From: Actinoplanes sp. N902-109
GTDB lineage: Bacteria; Actinomycetota; Actinomycetes; Mycobacteriales; Micromonosporaceae
Direction of reading: 5' to 3'
DNA: 32,000 nt
Assembly (NCBI RefSeq): GCF_000389965.1
Contig: NC_021191.1
Location: forward strand, 1,959,104 to 1,991,103
The position numbers and the translations under genes are program-made. The notes under the pieces were generated by a model that did not search any database, was not told where the DNA came from, and saw only the letters and a list, made by a program, of their open reading frames with translations. Below, piece after piece: positions 9,153 to 17,149 of this stretch (the first letter of the stretch is position 1; every line of letters begins with the position of its first letter).

Positions 9153-9260
9153 TGGCGGTCGGACACGGGCGTATCCGTGGCGTGATGTCGGTCGGACGCG
9201 GGCGTATCCGTGGCGTGATGGCGGCCGGGCGTCGGCGCGTCCGTGGCGTGCTGGCGGCGG
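9129..9260. repeat. 4 x 33-bp tandem repeat spanning the 3' end of the isomerase gene
   Basis: Units at 9129, 9162, 9195, 9228: GACACSGGCGTATCCGYGGCGTGATGKCGGTCG-like; the first unit includes the isomerase stop codon. Confidence 0.9.
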
Positions 9261-9278
9261 ACGCGCCGGCGCGGCGGG

Positions 9279-9782
9279 TCACCCGGCCGTGGTGTTGCTT
9301 GCCGCGATGGGCTCGAAGCGGGGCTCGGCGATCCTCAGGTAGTCCTCGGTGCGCAGGGCCATCGACCGGTCCAGCCGGGCGGCGTTGAAGAACAGCTCGG
9401 GGAACGCTTTGATGCCGGGGTCGGCGATCAGCTCGAGCTCGTCGCTGAACGAGAACGGCAGGATCGTGCCGGCGACGCACCCGGACAGCCGTTCGGCGAT
9501 CTCGGGGTTGGCGAACGAGATGTACGTGCCGCCGAGCAGACCCTTGATGGCCTGCAGGTCGACCCGCGCGTCGCCGGGGACGACCGCCAGCACGTACTTG
9601 GTCACCTTCTTGCCGAGCTTGACCATGACGATCATGCACTTGGCGGCGGACGCGACCTCGTGCCCCCGGTATCCGCTGACGATCTCGGTGCGGCCCTCCT
9701 CGGGATGGTCGATCAACCGATAACTCGCGCCGTTGGTGTCGAGCAGGGCGATCAAGCGGTCGTAGGTCTCTTCGTAGGGCAT
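9279..9782 (-). CDS. YbaK/ProX-type aminoacyl-tRNA deacylase (trans-editing) domain protein
   Basis: 'RTEIVSGYRGHEVASAAKCMIVMVKLGKKVTKYVLAVVPGDARVDLQAIKGLLGGTYISFANPEIAERLSGCVAGTILPFSF...FFNAARLDRSMALRTEDYL'. Start chosen at 'MPYEETYD' with upstream GAGGGG; the longer ORF reads into repeats. Confidence 0.78.
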   Translation of the reverse strand: MPYEETYDRLIALLDTNGASYRLIDHPEEGRTEIVSGYRGHEVASAAKCMIVMVKLGKKVTKYVLAVVPGDARVDLQAIKGLLGGTYISFANPEIAERLSGCVAGTILPFSFSDELELIADPGIKAFPELFFNAARLDRSMALRTEDYLRIAEPRFEPIAASNTTAG

Positions 9783-9810
9783 CGTGCCCATCCCCTCGGA
9801 GTCAGCAGCA

Positions 9811-9855
9811 GCGTTCAAGACAGTGGCGTTCAAAGCAGTGGCGTTCAATACGGTG
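9811..9855. repeat. 3 x 15-bp direct repeats in the ybaK/eamA intergenic region
   Basis: GCGTTCAAGACAGTG / GCGTTCAAAGCAGTG / GCGTTCAATACGGTG. Confidence 0.9.
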
Positions 9856-9863
9856 TGCGATTT

Positions 9864-9881
9864 CGTACTTTATATTGTACG
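9864..9881. promoter_or_regulatory. Inverted repeat overlapping a possible -10 element
   Basis: CGTAC-TTTATATT-GTACG in an AT-rich patch between divergent genes; TATATT could serve as -10 for the exporter gene. Confidence 0.4.
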
Positions 9882-9931
9882 GTGGGCCCTGCCAACGCGG
9901 AGGGGCCGCACGGGGGAGGCACTGAAAAGTC

Positions 9932-10933
9932 ATGAGAAATCCATCCGGGCTGTCTCCGGAGCTGATCGACACGCCAGCCGGAGCGCCTGTGGCGCTGCCG
10001 CCTGTCCCGGTGACCCGGGATCGCTCGGCGCTGCTCCGGTCCGACCTGTCCATCCTGCTGGTCGCAATCATCTGGGGTTCCAGCTATGTCGTGATGCAGA
10101 CCGTGGGGGACAAGGTGCCCGCCGCGGCGTTCCTCGCGTTGCGCTTCCTCACCGCACTGCCGGTGGTGCTGGTGCTCGCGGCTCCGTCCCTGCGCCGGCT
10201 CAACAAGGTGGAGGTGCTGGCCGGTGCGGCGTTCGGCACCATGCTCTACGGCATCCTCATCCTGGAAACGATCGGTGTCCAGCACACGTCCGCAGCCAAT
10301 GCCGGATTCCTCATCACCGTGTCGGTGGTGCTGGTGCCCCTGCTGGAGCGTGTCCTCAGTGGCCGGGCGCAGCCGCGCATCGTCTACACCGCCACCGTCT
10401 TCGCGCTGCTGGGCTGCGCGTTGCTGCTGCTGCACGACGGCATCCATCCGCGCTCCGGCGACCTGATCATCCTCGCCGCGGCGATGATCCGGGCCACCCA
10501 GATCACGCTGTTCGGCCGGCACGTGCACGGGCAGTCGATCCAGAATCTCACCGCCGTCGAATTCGTCGTGGTGGTCCTGCTCGCGACCGTGACGTCGGTG
10601 GCGACCGGGCATCCGGTGTGGAGCGTGGCCACCCATGTCGACGGCCGGTCCTGGTTGCTGATCACCTATCTGGGCGTGCTCGGCACCGCGTTCGCCTTCT
10701 TCATGCAGCTGCGTTCCGCCCGGCTCTCCAGCTCCACCCGGGTGGGTCTGATCCTGTGCACCGAGCCGGTCTTCGCCACTGCGTTCGCGTTGCTGGTGGC
10801 GGGTGAGACCCTGGGGTTGCTGCAGGCCGTCGGCGGTTTGCTCATGGTCGGCTCCGCGCTCGTCGGACGCGCCGCGGAGTCCAGCGGGCAGGAAACGGAA
10901 GATCGGGCAGCAAACCCATCAGGGGCCGGATGA
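9932..10933 (+). CDS. EamA/DMT-family transporter (candidate fluorothreonine/threonine exporter)
   Basis: Duplicated EamA repeats: 'LLVAIIWGSSYVVMQTVGDKVPAAAFLALRFLTALP' and 'LGTAFAFFMQLRSARLSSSTRVGLILCTEPVFATAFALLVAGE'. Confidence 0.88.
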   Translation: MRNPSGLSPELIDTPAGAPVALPPVPVTRDRSALLRSDLSILLVAIIWGSSYVVMQTVGDKVPAAAFLALRFLTALPVVLVLAAPSLRRLNKVEVLAGAAFGTMLYGILILETIGVQHTSAANAGFLITVSVVLVPLLERVLSGRAQPRIVYTATVFALLGCALLLLHDGIHPRSGDLIILAAAMIRATQITLFGRHVHGQSIQNLTAVEFVVVVLLATVTSVATGHPVWSVATHVDGRSWLLITYLGVLGTAFAFFMQLRSARLSSSTRVGLILCTEPVFATAFALLVAGETLGLLQAVGGLLMVGSALVGRAAESSGQETEDRAANPSGAG

Positions 10934-10970
10934 TCACTGCCCCGGCCCGGCTGCACTGTTAAATGAGCGC

Positions 10971-11582
10971 GTGACACAGGAAAGTTTTGGTCCGCCGGCC
11001 GTCGGCATGGGCGCCGCCGTGGGCAGGGAGATCCGCCGCTTCCGGGAGGCGCGCCGGATGTCGGTCTCGGAACTGGCGCGGCGGGCGGATCTCAGCAAGG
11101 GCACGCTGTCCCGGCTCGAGGCCGGCGGCGGCAACCCGACGATCGAAACGATCGCGGCCATCGCTGTCGCGCTGCGTCTGCCGCTGGGCGACCTCATCCC
11201 GACGTCCACCCCGGCCATCCCCATGCTGCAGCGCGGCACGCCGGACCCGGACTACAGCCGGCAGGACCTGTTGCAGCGCATCGGTCCGGGTGTCCTGACC
11301 GAACTGTGGCGGGTGCGCATCCGGCAGGCCGGCGGGCTGGTGGACAGCCCCGCGCATGCCGCCGGCACGGTGGAATACCTGCTGGTGAGCCGCGGGGTGT
11401 TCCGGGCCGGGCCGGTGAGTGCGCTCAGCGAGCTGCACGCCGGTGACTTCCTGGTCTATCCGGCCGATGTGCCGCATCGGTACGAGGTGGTCGATGGCCC
11501 CGGCGAGGCCAGCCTGATGATGACGTATCCGGCGATGAACGTCGGCGTCGCCGGTTCCCCGCTGCACGCCGAGACGCCCTAA
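10971..11582 (+). CDS. XRE-family transcriptional regulator with cupin sensor domain
   Basis: HTH 'IRRFREARRMSVSELARRADLSKGTLSRLEAGGGNPTIETIAAIAVALRLPLGDLI' plus cupin-like 'AAGTVEYLLVSRGVFRAGPVSALSELHAGDFLVYPADVPHRYE'; GTG start at 10971 (ATG 11007 possible). Confidence 0.88.
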   Translation: MTQESFGPPAVGMGAAVGREIRRFREARRMSVSELARRADLSKGTLSRLEAGGGNPTIETIAAIAVALRLPLGDLIPTSTPAIPMLQRGTPDPDYSRQDLLQRIGPGVLTELWRVRIRQAGGLVDSPAHAAGTVEYLLVSRGVFRAGPVSALSELHAGDFLVYPADVPHRYEVVDGPGEASLMMTYPAMNVGVAGSPLHAETP

Positions 11583-11723
11583 GAGAGCCGGTCCACCCAG
11601 GCGCAGGGAGAGCGAGCCGCGCGGGGAGAGCGAGCAGCGCGCGGGGGAGAGCCGGTCCACGCGGGCGCGGGGAGAGCCAGTCGCGGGGGCGGATAGGGCC
11701 GGTCGCGCGGGCGGAGGGAGAGC
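11583..11723. repeat. Degenerate GAGAGC-containing repeat tract downstream of the XRE-cupin gene
   Basis: GAGAGC at 11583, 11608, 11626, 11647, 11672, 11718 with similar GC-rich fillers ('CCGGTCCACGCGGGCGCGGG'). Confidence 0.6.
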
Positions 11724-11868
11724 TGGCCCGCGGGAGGCGGAGGGGGGATGCTGAGTCCGTGTGTGCGGAAGGTCGTACGGGAATATGACGTATGGCTGAC
11801 GCCTCCGATCTCGTCCGACAGCCACTATGGATGGAGGACGATGGTTCCGTAACCGCTCGGAGGCAATG

Positions 11869-12510
11869 ATGCCGACGTCGTCGACCGTCGAGGAAGCCGT
11901 TCTACGCCGTGGTTTCCATCCCCACCCGCGGCGGGGCGCCTGCCTGCTGGAGCTGGTCAGCACCCTGCCCGGGGGACCGTGGACCGATCGGCCCCGGGGC
12001 GTGCCGCCGTTGCTGGCCGTGGTATGCCGCTCGGTGAACGACCGGCTCAGCGACGCGGCGCGGTCCGGCATTCTGCCCGCGGTGCCGTGGCTGGCCGCGC
12101 TGCCCGCCGCCGCCGGCCGTGATCCGGATGCCTTGTTCGGCGGGCTGCTCGAGGCGGCCGCGCGGTGGGCCGGTGCCGCGGTGTGGGCGTTGCCGCGCGA
12201 TCGGCCGCGGGCCCGGGTGCTCCGGCGTGCCGTGCGGCAGGTCGCTGAGCTGCCCGGGGCGGATGCGGCGCTGCAGCAGCTGCTGTTCGACGCGATCGAT
12301 GTGACGCGGACGGGGTGCGGGTTGCCGCCGGTGCCCTGGAGTTCCCAGCCGTCCGTTGCCGGGCCGGGCGGCACCGTGGGGTTGCGCATGCGGGCCGAGA
12401 CCCGCTGCCCCGACGACAGCCTGTCAACCTATCTGTGGTGCGGTGCTGAGCTGCAGCAGTGGCCCGGTGCGCTACGGCAGGCCTGGGCCGACGCGCGACC
12501 CGCCGCCTGA
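11869..12510 (+). CDS. Hypothetical protein
   Basis: 'MPTSSTVEEAVLRRGFHPHPRRGACLLELVSTLPGGPWTDRPRGVPPLLAVVCRSVNDRLSD...'; GGAGG just upstream; plausible coding composition but no family recognised. Start uncertain (11827/11866/11869). Confidence 0.6.
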   Translation: MPTSSTVEEAVLRRGFHPHPRRGACLLELVSTLPGGPWTDRPRGVPPLLAVVCRSVNDRLSDAARSGILPAVPWLAALPAAAGRDPDALFGGLLEAAARWAGAAVWALPRDRPRARVLRRAVRQVAELPGADAALQQLLFDAIDVTRTGCGLPPVPWSSQPSVAGPGGTVGLRMRAETRCPDDSLSTYLWCGAELQQWPGALRQAWADARPAA

Positions 12511-12520
12511 TCGGGCCCCG

Positions 12521-12580
12521 GCCGGGTCAGGCCGGGCCGGGTCATGCCGGGCCGGGTCAGGCCGGGTCAGGCCGGGTCGG
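12521..12580. repeat. 10-bp / 15-bp mosaic tandem repeat (GCCGGGTCAG)
   Basis: GCCGGGTCAG GCCGG GCCGGGTCAT GCCGG GCCGGGTCAG GCCGGGTCAG GCCGGGTCGG. Confidence 0.9.
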
Positions 12581-12600
12581 CCTTGGTGGCGCGCCGCAGG

Positions 12601-12685
12601 GCACGGCGCGGCGCAGGGCACGGCGCGGCGCAGGGCACGGCGCGGCGCAGGGCACGGCGCGGCGCAGGGCACGGCGCGGCGCAGG
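12601..12685. repeat. 5 x 17-bp perfect tandem repeat
   Basis: GCACGGCGCGGCGCAGG repeated five times without mismatch. Confidence 0.95.
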
Positions 12686-12690
12686 GCAGG

Positions 12691-12872
12691 GCACGGTCAA
12701 GGCCGGCCTCGGTCGCGCGGGCCCGGCACGGTCAGGCCCGGCCTCGGTCGCGCGGGCTCCCGGCCAGTCAGGCCGGGCCGGCCTCGGTCGCGCAGGCCCG
12801 GCACGGTGAGGCCCGGCCTTGGTCGCGCGGGCCCCCGCCCGGTCAGGCCAGGCCGGCCTTGGTGGCGCGCCG
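12691..12872. repeat. 35-41-bp imperfect tandem repeats ending inside the LuxR regulator gene 3' end
   Basis: Units beginning at 12691, 12726, 12761, 12801 (GCACGGTCARGSCCGGCCTCGGTCGCGCGGGCCCG-like); the last is the coding 3' end 'GGTCAGGCCAGGCCGGCCTTGGTGGCGCGCC'. Confidence 0.85.
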
Positions 12873-13592
12873 CACGGCATCGGTACGCGAGGTGGCGCCC
12901 AGCTTCGCGTAGATGTTGGTCAGGTGCCGCTTGACCGTGCCCTCGGCGATGAAGAGCTTGCCCGCGATGTCGGAGTTGCGCATGCCCTCGGCCACCAGCG
13001 TGAGCACCTCGGCCTCGCGGTGGGACAGGATGGGCTCGCTGTTCGCCCGCAACCTGTTCATGGTCTCCCGGGACACCGACAGGACCACGCGGTCCTCGTG
13101 CTGATCCACCACCCGGATCGTGGCGAGCAGTTCGTCCAGGCTCGCGCTCTTCATGATGTACGCGTGGGCCCCGGAGGAGAGCAGGTGCTCCACCCGTCGC
13201 GGGTCGTCGCGGGTGGCGAGGATGACGAGTTTGGCCTGGGGGATCGCGTGCCGTAGCAGCTGCAGGTCGTCGAGCGCGTTGGAGTTCGCCGCGTCCAGGC
13301 TGACCAGCAGGATGTCGGGAAGTTGGCGGCGCAGCGTCTGCATGGCCTCGGGGCCGGGGCGCAGCGCGCCGACCACGCGGATGCCGTGCTGTCGTTCCAG
13401 CAGACCGACCAGCCCCTCGCGGAACAGGCCGGGCTCATCGATGAGGGCGACGGTGATGAGGCCGGCGGTGCCGGAGGTCACGGCGCTGGGGTAGCGGCGC
13501 TGGCTGGTCGGCTCGGTGCGGTGCTGGCCGGCGTCGAGCATGCCGGCGCGGTCGGAGGTGGGGTTGTCGTAGGTGGCATGATCGTAAGTCAC
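12843..13592 (-). CDS. LuxR/NarL-type regulator with degenerate receiver domain
   Basis: C-terminal LuxR HTH '[55 protein letters not shown]'; REC-like '[20 protein letters not shown]...[10 protein letters not shown]...YIMKSAS'. GTG start with GGGGAG upstream. Confidence 0.85.
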   Translation of the reverse strand: MTYDHATYDNPTSDRAGMLDAGQHRTEPTSQRRYPSAVTSGTAGLITVALIDEPGLFREGLVGLLERQHGIRVVGALRPGPEAMQTLRRQLPDILLVSLDAANSNALDDLQLLRHAIPQAKLVILATRDDPRRVEHLLSSGAHAYIMKSASLDELLATIRVVDQHEDRVVLSVSRETMNRLRANSEPILSHREAEVLTLVAEGMRNSDIAGKLFIAEGTVKRHLTNIYAKLGATSRTDAVRRATKAGLA

Positions 13593-13846
13593 GCACAGCT
13601 CCCCGTACTTTCGTGTTTTCTCCAGCTGACGTGTCCGTTCAGGGTGTCGCGCGCCGCCGTGGTGCCGGCATTGGCTCGCCGACCGGCAGTCAGGCCGGCG
13701 GCACTGGTGTGGGCGGCTGGGGATCATGGGCCGGCCAAATCTCTGTTCATGTGGCTACCCCGGTTCGACGACGCGGATATCCGTCCGGTTCCTTCAGTCG
13801 AGTCCGGCCGGTGATGGCGCCCGGCACGGCGTCGCGAAGTCACATG

Positions 13847-13876
13847 CTGTCGCAGGCTTAATACTGCGCGCGACAG
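13847..13876. promoter_or_regulatory. Inverted repeat upstream of apt enclosing a TAATACT sequence
   Basis: CTGTCGC-(16 nt)-GCGACAG. Confidence 0.35.
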
Positions 13877-14036
13877 GCACGTAAGTAAAGGTTCCCGGGA
13901 AGCTGCGCCGAACGTCGTAGTGCGATGTGATACGTGGGTCAATCGCTATGCGTCTTCCGCCGTCCGCCCGGGCTGGGATTTCATCGTCAGGAGCCGGGCA
14001 ACGGGCCTGGACGGCAATGACGAAGGAAGGCTGGCG

Positions 14037-14579
14037 ATGAGCTCCGGGACAAAGATCGCATTGGCGTCGCAGGTGCGGGTGTTCCCCGACTTCCCGCACC
14101 CGGGAATCGCATTTCAAGATCTTGCGCCGCTGTATGCGGCGCCCGGTCTGATCACCCGGTTGGGCGCCGAGGTGGCGGATTCCTTTTCCGGCGAGTTCGA
14201 TACCGTCCTGGCGGTCGAGGCTCGCGGCTTCGTGCTCGGCACGGCGGTCGCGATGGCTGCCCGGTGCCCCCTGGTGCTGGCCCGCAAGCAGGGCAAGCTA
14301 CCCGGCCCGCTGCACTCTGCCGAATACAGCCTCGAGTACGGCTCGGCCGTGCTGACCGTGCAACATGGTGCAATCTCCCCGGAATCGACTGTGCTCGCGG
14401 TGGATGACGTCCTGGCGACCGGCGGCACCCTCGCGGCCGCCGCCGATCTGGTCAACCAGGCGGGCGGCGGCCTGGCCGGGTTCGCGGTGCTCCTCGAGCT
14501 CGGCGCGCTGGGTGGCCGGGACCGGCTCCAGCCGGCCCGGGTCTTTTCGTTGCTCACCTCCGGCGAAGCGCCGAAATAG
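14037..14579 (+). CDS. apt: Adenine phosphoribosyltransferase
   Basis: 'VRVFPDFPHPGIAFQDLAPL', 'GFVLGTAVAMAARCPLVLARKQGKLPG', PRPP loop 'VLAVDDVLATGGTLAAAADLV'; RBS GAAGGAAGG. Confidence 0.92.
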   Translation: MSSGTKIALASQVRVFPDFPHPGIAFQDLAPLYAAPGLITRLGAEVADSFSGEFDTVLAVEARGFVLGTAVAMAARCPLVLARKQGKLPGPLHSAEYSLEYGSAVLTVQHGAISPESTVLAVDDVLATGGTLAAAADLVNQAGGGLAGFAVLLELGALGGRDRLQPARVFSLLTSGEAPK

Positions 14580-14604
14580 GTAGCCGGGGGCGAGTTCCGG
14601 CTAC
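14580..14604. terminator. Hairpin directly after apt
   Basis: GTAGCCGG-GGGCGAGTT-CCGGCTAC, 8-bp perfect stem beginning right after the stop codon; no obvious U tract. Confidence 0.5.
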
Positions 14605-14690
14605 CCCGAACGTCGTATTCCAGCAGGCCGTAACGGGCGTACGGAACAACACCGGTATACGCCTTGTTCAGCGCTCGGCCCGGTGGCTAG

Positions 14691-15638
<948 letters not shown>

Positions 15639-15706
15639 TCCCCCCGGCCGGGCCGGCACGGACCTCGTCCGTGCCGGCCCGTTGTCATCTCCCGAGAGAA
15701 GACGTC

Positions 15707-17080
15707 ATGAGCCTTTCTTCCCAGCAGATAGCTGCGCTGGTCGCCGTCATCGCCATCGTCGTGCTGATGTGCCACGCGATCGGTGGCTTGTTCGCCCGCT
15801 ACCGTCAGCCGGTCGTGGTGGGTGAGATCCTCGCGGGCCTGCTGTTCGGGCCCACCGTGCTGGGCCTGGTCGCCCCGGACTTCCAGCACCTGCTGTTCCC
15901 GCGTACCGGGCCGGTGGCGGCGATCCTGGCCGGGCTGGCCCAGCTCGGCATGCTGCTGCTGATGTTCGTCACCGGCAGCGAACTGCGGTTGACCGCGTCG
16001 CCGGGTGACCGCCGCACCATCGGCCTGGTCGCCGCGACCGGCATGGTGGTGCCGTTCGCGGTGGGACTCGCCGTGGTCGCCGCCCTGGACTATCACGACT
16101 TGAGCGGCCCGGCCGGTACCCGTACCACCACGATTCTGGTCTTCGCGATCGCGGTCGCGGTGACCAGCATCCCGGTGATCTCCCGGATCATGCTCGACCT
16201 GGGCCTGCTCGGCAGTTCGTTCGCCCGCGTCGTGCTGGGGGTCGCCGCGCTCGAGGATGTCGGGCTGTACGTCGTGCTCGCCGTCGTGCTCAGCCTGGCC
16301 AGCGCGCCGGCCACGGAGTTCGGGCTGTGGGAGCTGGTCGGGGTGCACACCACCGGCTGGACGGTGGGCTACCACACGACGATCACCATCGTCTTCCTCG
16401 GGGCGTTCCTGATGTGGGGCACGCCGGTCTTCCGGTTCCTGCTGTACGGGCCGGCGCGGGTGCTCTCCCGGCGCAATCCCGCCGCGGCCCGGCTCGTGCT
16501 GCTGCTGATCGCGGTGCTGGTCTGCACGCTGCTCGGCATCAACCCCATCTTCGGGGCCCTGCTCACCGGCATCTGCGCGCGCCGGGCCGAACCGGATCGG
16601 GTGCCGGTGGAACCCGGCGCGCCCGGCCTGGGACAGCCGGACTCGTGGGCCACGATCCGGCACTTCTCGCTGGCGTTCTTCATCCCCGTGTACTTCTTCA
16701 CCGTGGGGCTCGGGCTCGACCTCGTGCACGACTTCGACGTCTGGTTCTTCGTCTGGTTCTTCCTGGTGTGCTGCGTGGTGAAGTCGCTGAGCGTGCTGGC
16801 CGGCGCGCTGCTGAGCCGGCAGTCGCTGCGGTGGTCGCTGGACCTGTCGATCGCGTTGAACGCGCGCGGCGGGCCGGGCATCGTGCTGGCGACCACGACG
16901 CTGAGCGCGGGCGTGGTGAACCGGTCCTTCTACACGGCCATGGTGCTGCTGTCGGTGCTCACGTCGCAGATCGCGGGGATGTGGCTCGACCGGCGGTCCG
17001 CGGCGCTGCTCGGCTGGGACCGGGACGTGGCCGGCGGACGGACCGACGCCCGCCCGGTGGCGATCGGCGAGCAGCACTGA
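15707..17080 (+). CDS. CPA2/Kef-type cation/H+ antiporter (FlH-like)
   Basis: 'VVGEILAGLLFGPTVLGLVAP...LAQLGMLLLMFVTGSEL...FALAVAVTSIPVISRIMLDLGLLGSSFARVVLGVAALEDV'-type antiporter sequence; immediately downstream of the fluorinase. Confidence 0.85.
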   Translation: MSLSSQQIAALVAVIAIVVLMCHAIGGLFARYRQPVVVGEILAGLLFGPTVLGLVAPDFQHLLFPRTGPVAAILAGLAQLGMLLLMFVTGSELRLTASPGDRRTIGLVAATGMVVPFAVGLAVVAALDYHDLSGPAGTRTTTILVFAIAVAVTSIPVISRIMLDLGLLGSSFARVVLGVAALEDVGLYVVLAVVLSLASAPATEFGLWELVGVHTTGWTVGYHTTITIVFLGAFLMWGTPVFRFLLYGPARVLSRRNPAAARLVLLLIAVLVCTLLGINPIFGALLTGICARRAEPDRVPVEPGAPGLGQPDSWATIRHFSLAFFIPVYFFTVGLGLDLVHDFDVWFFVWFFLVCCVVKSLSVLAGALLSRQSLRWSLDLSIALNARGGPGIVLATTTLSAGVVNRSFYTAMVLLSVLTSQIAGMWLDRRSAALLGWDRDVAGGRTDARPVAIGEQH

Positions 17081-17149
17081 GCCGGGACGGGAACAGCGGC
17101 AAGGGGGACGGGCCGGGTGGCATACGCCACCCGGCCCGCCCGGCCGTGT

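Noticed and set aside
9129-9260. CRISPR-like array
   Set aside because: 33-bp units are directly contiguous with no unique spacers and overlap a gene 3' end; no cas genes.
12601-12872. CRISPR or coding repeats (ORFs at 12356-12934, 12459-12809, 12544-12912)
   Set aside because: Contiguous GC-rich minisatellite; the ORFs are stop-free only because of the repeat composition and lack credible starts or domains.
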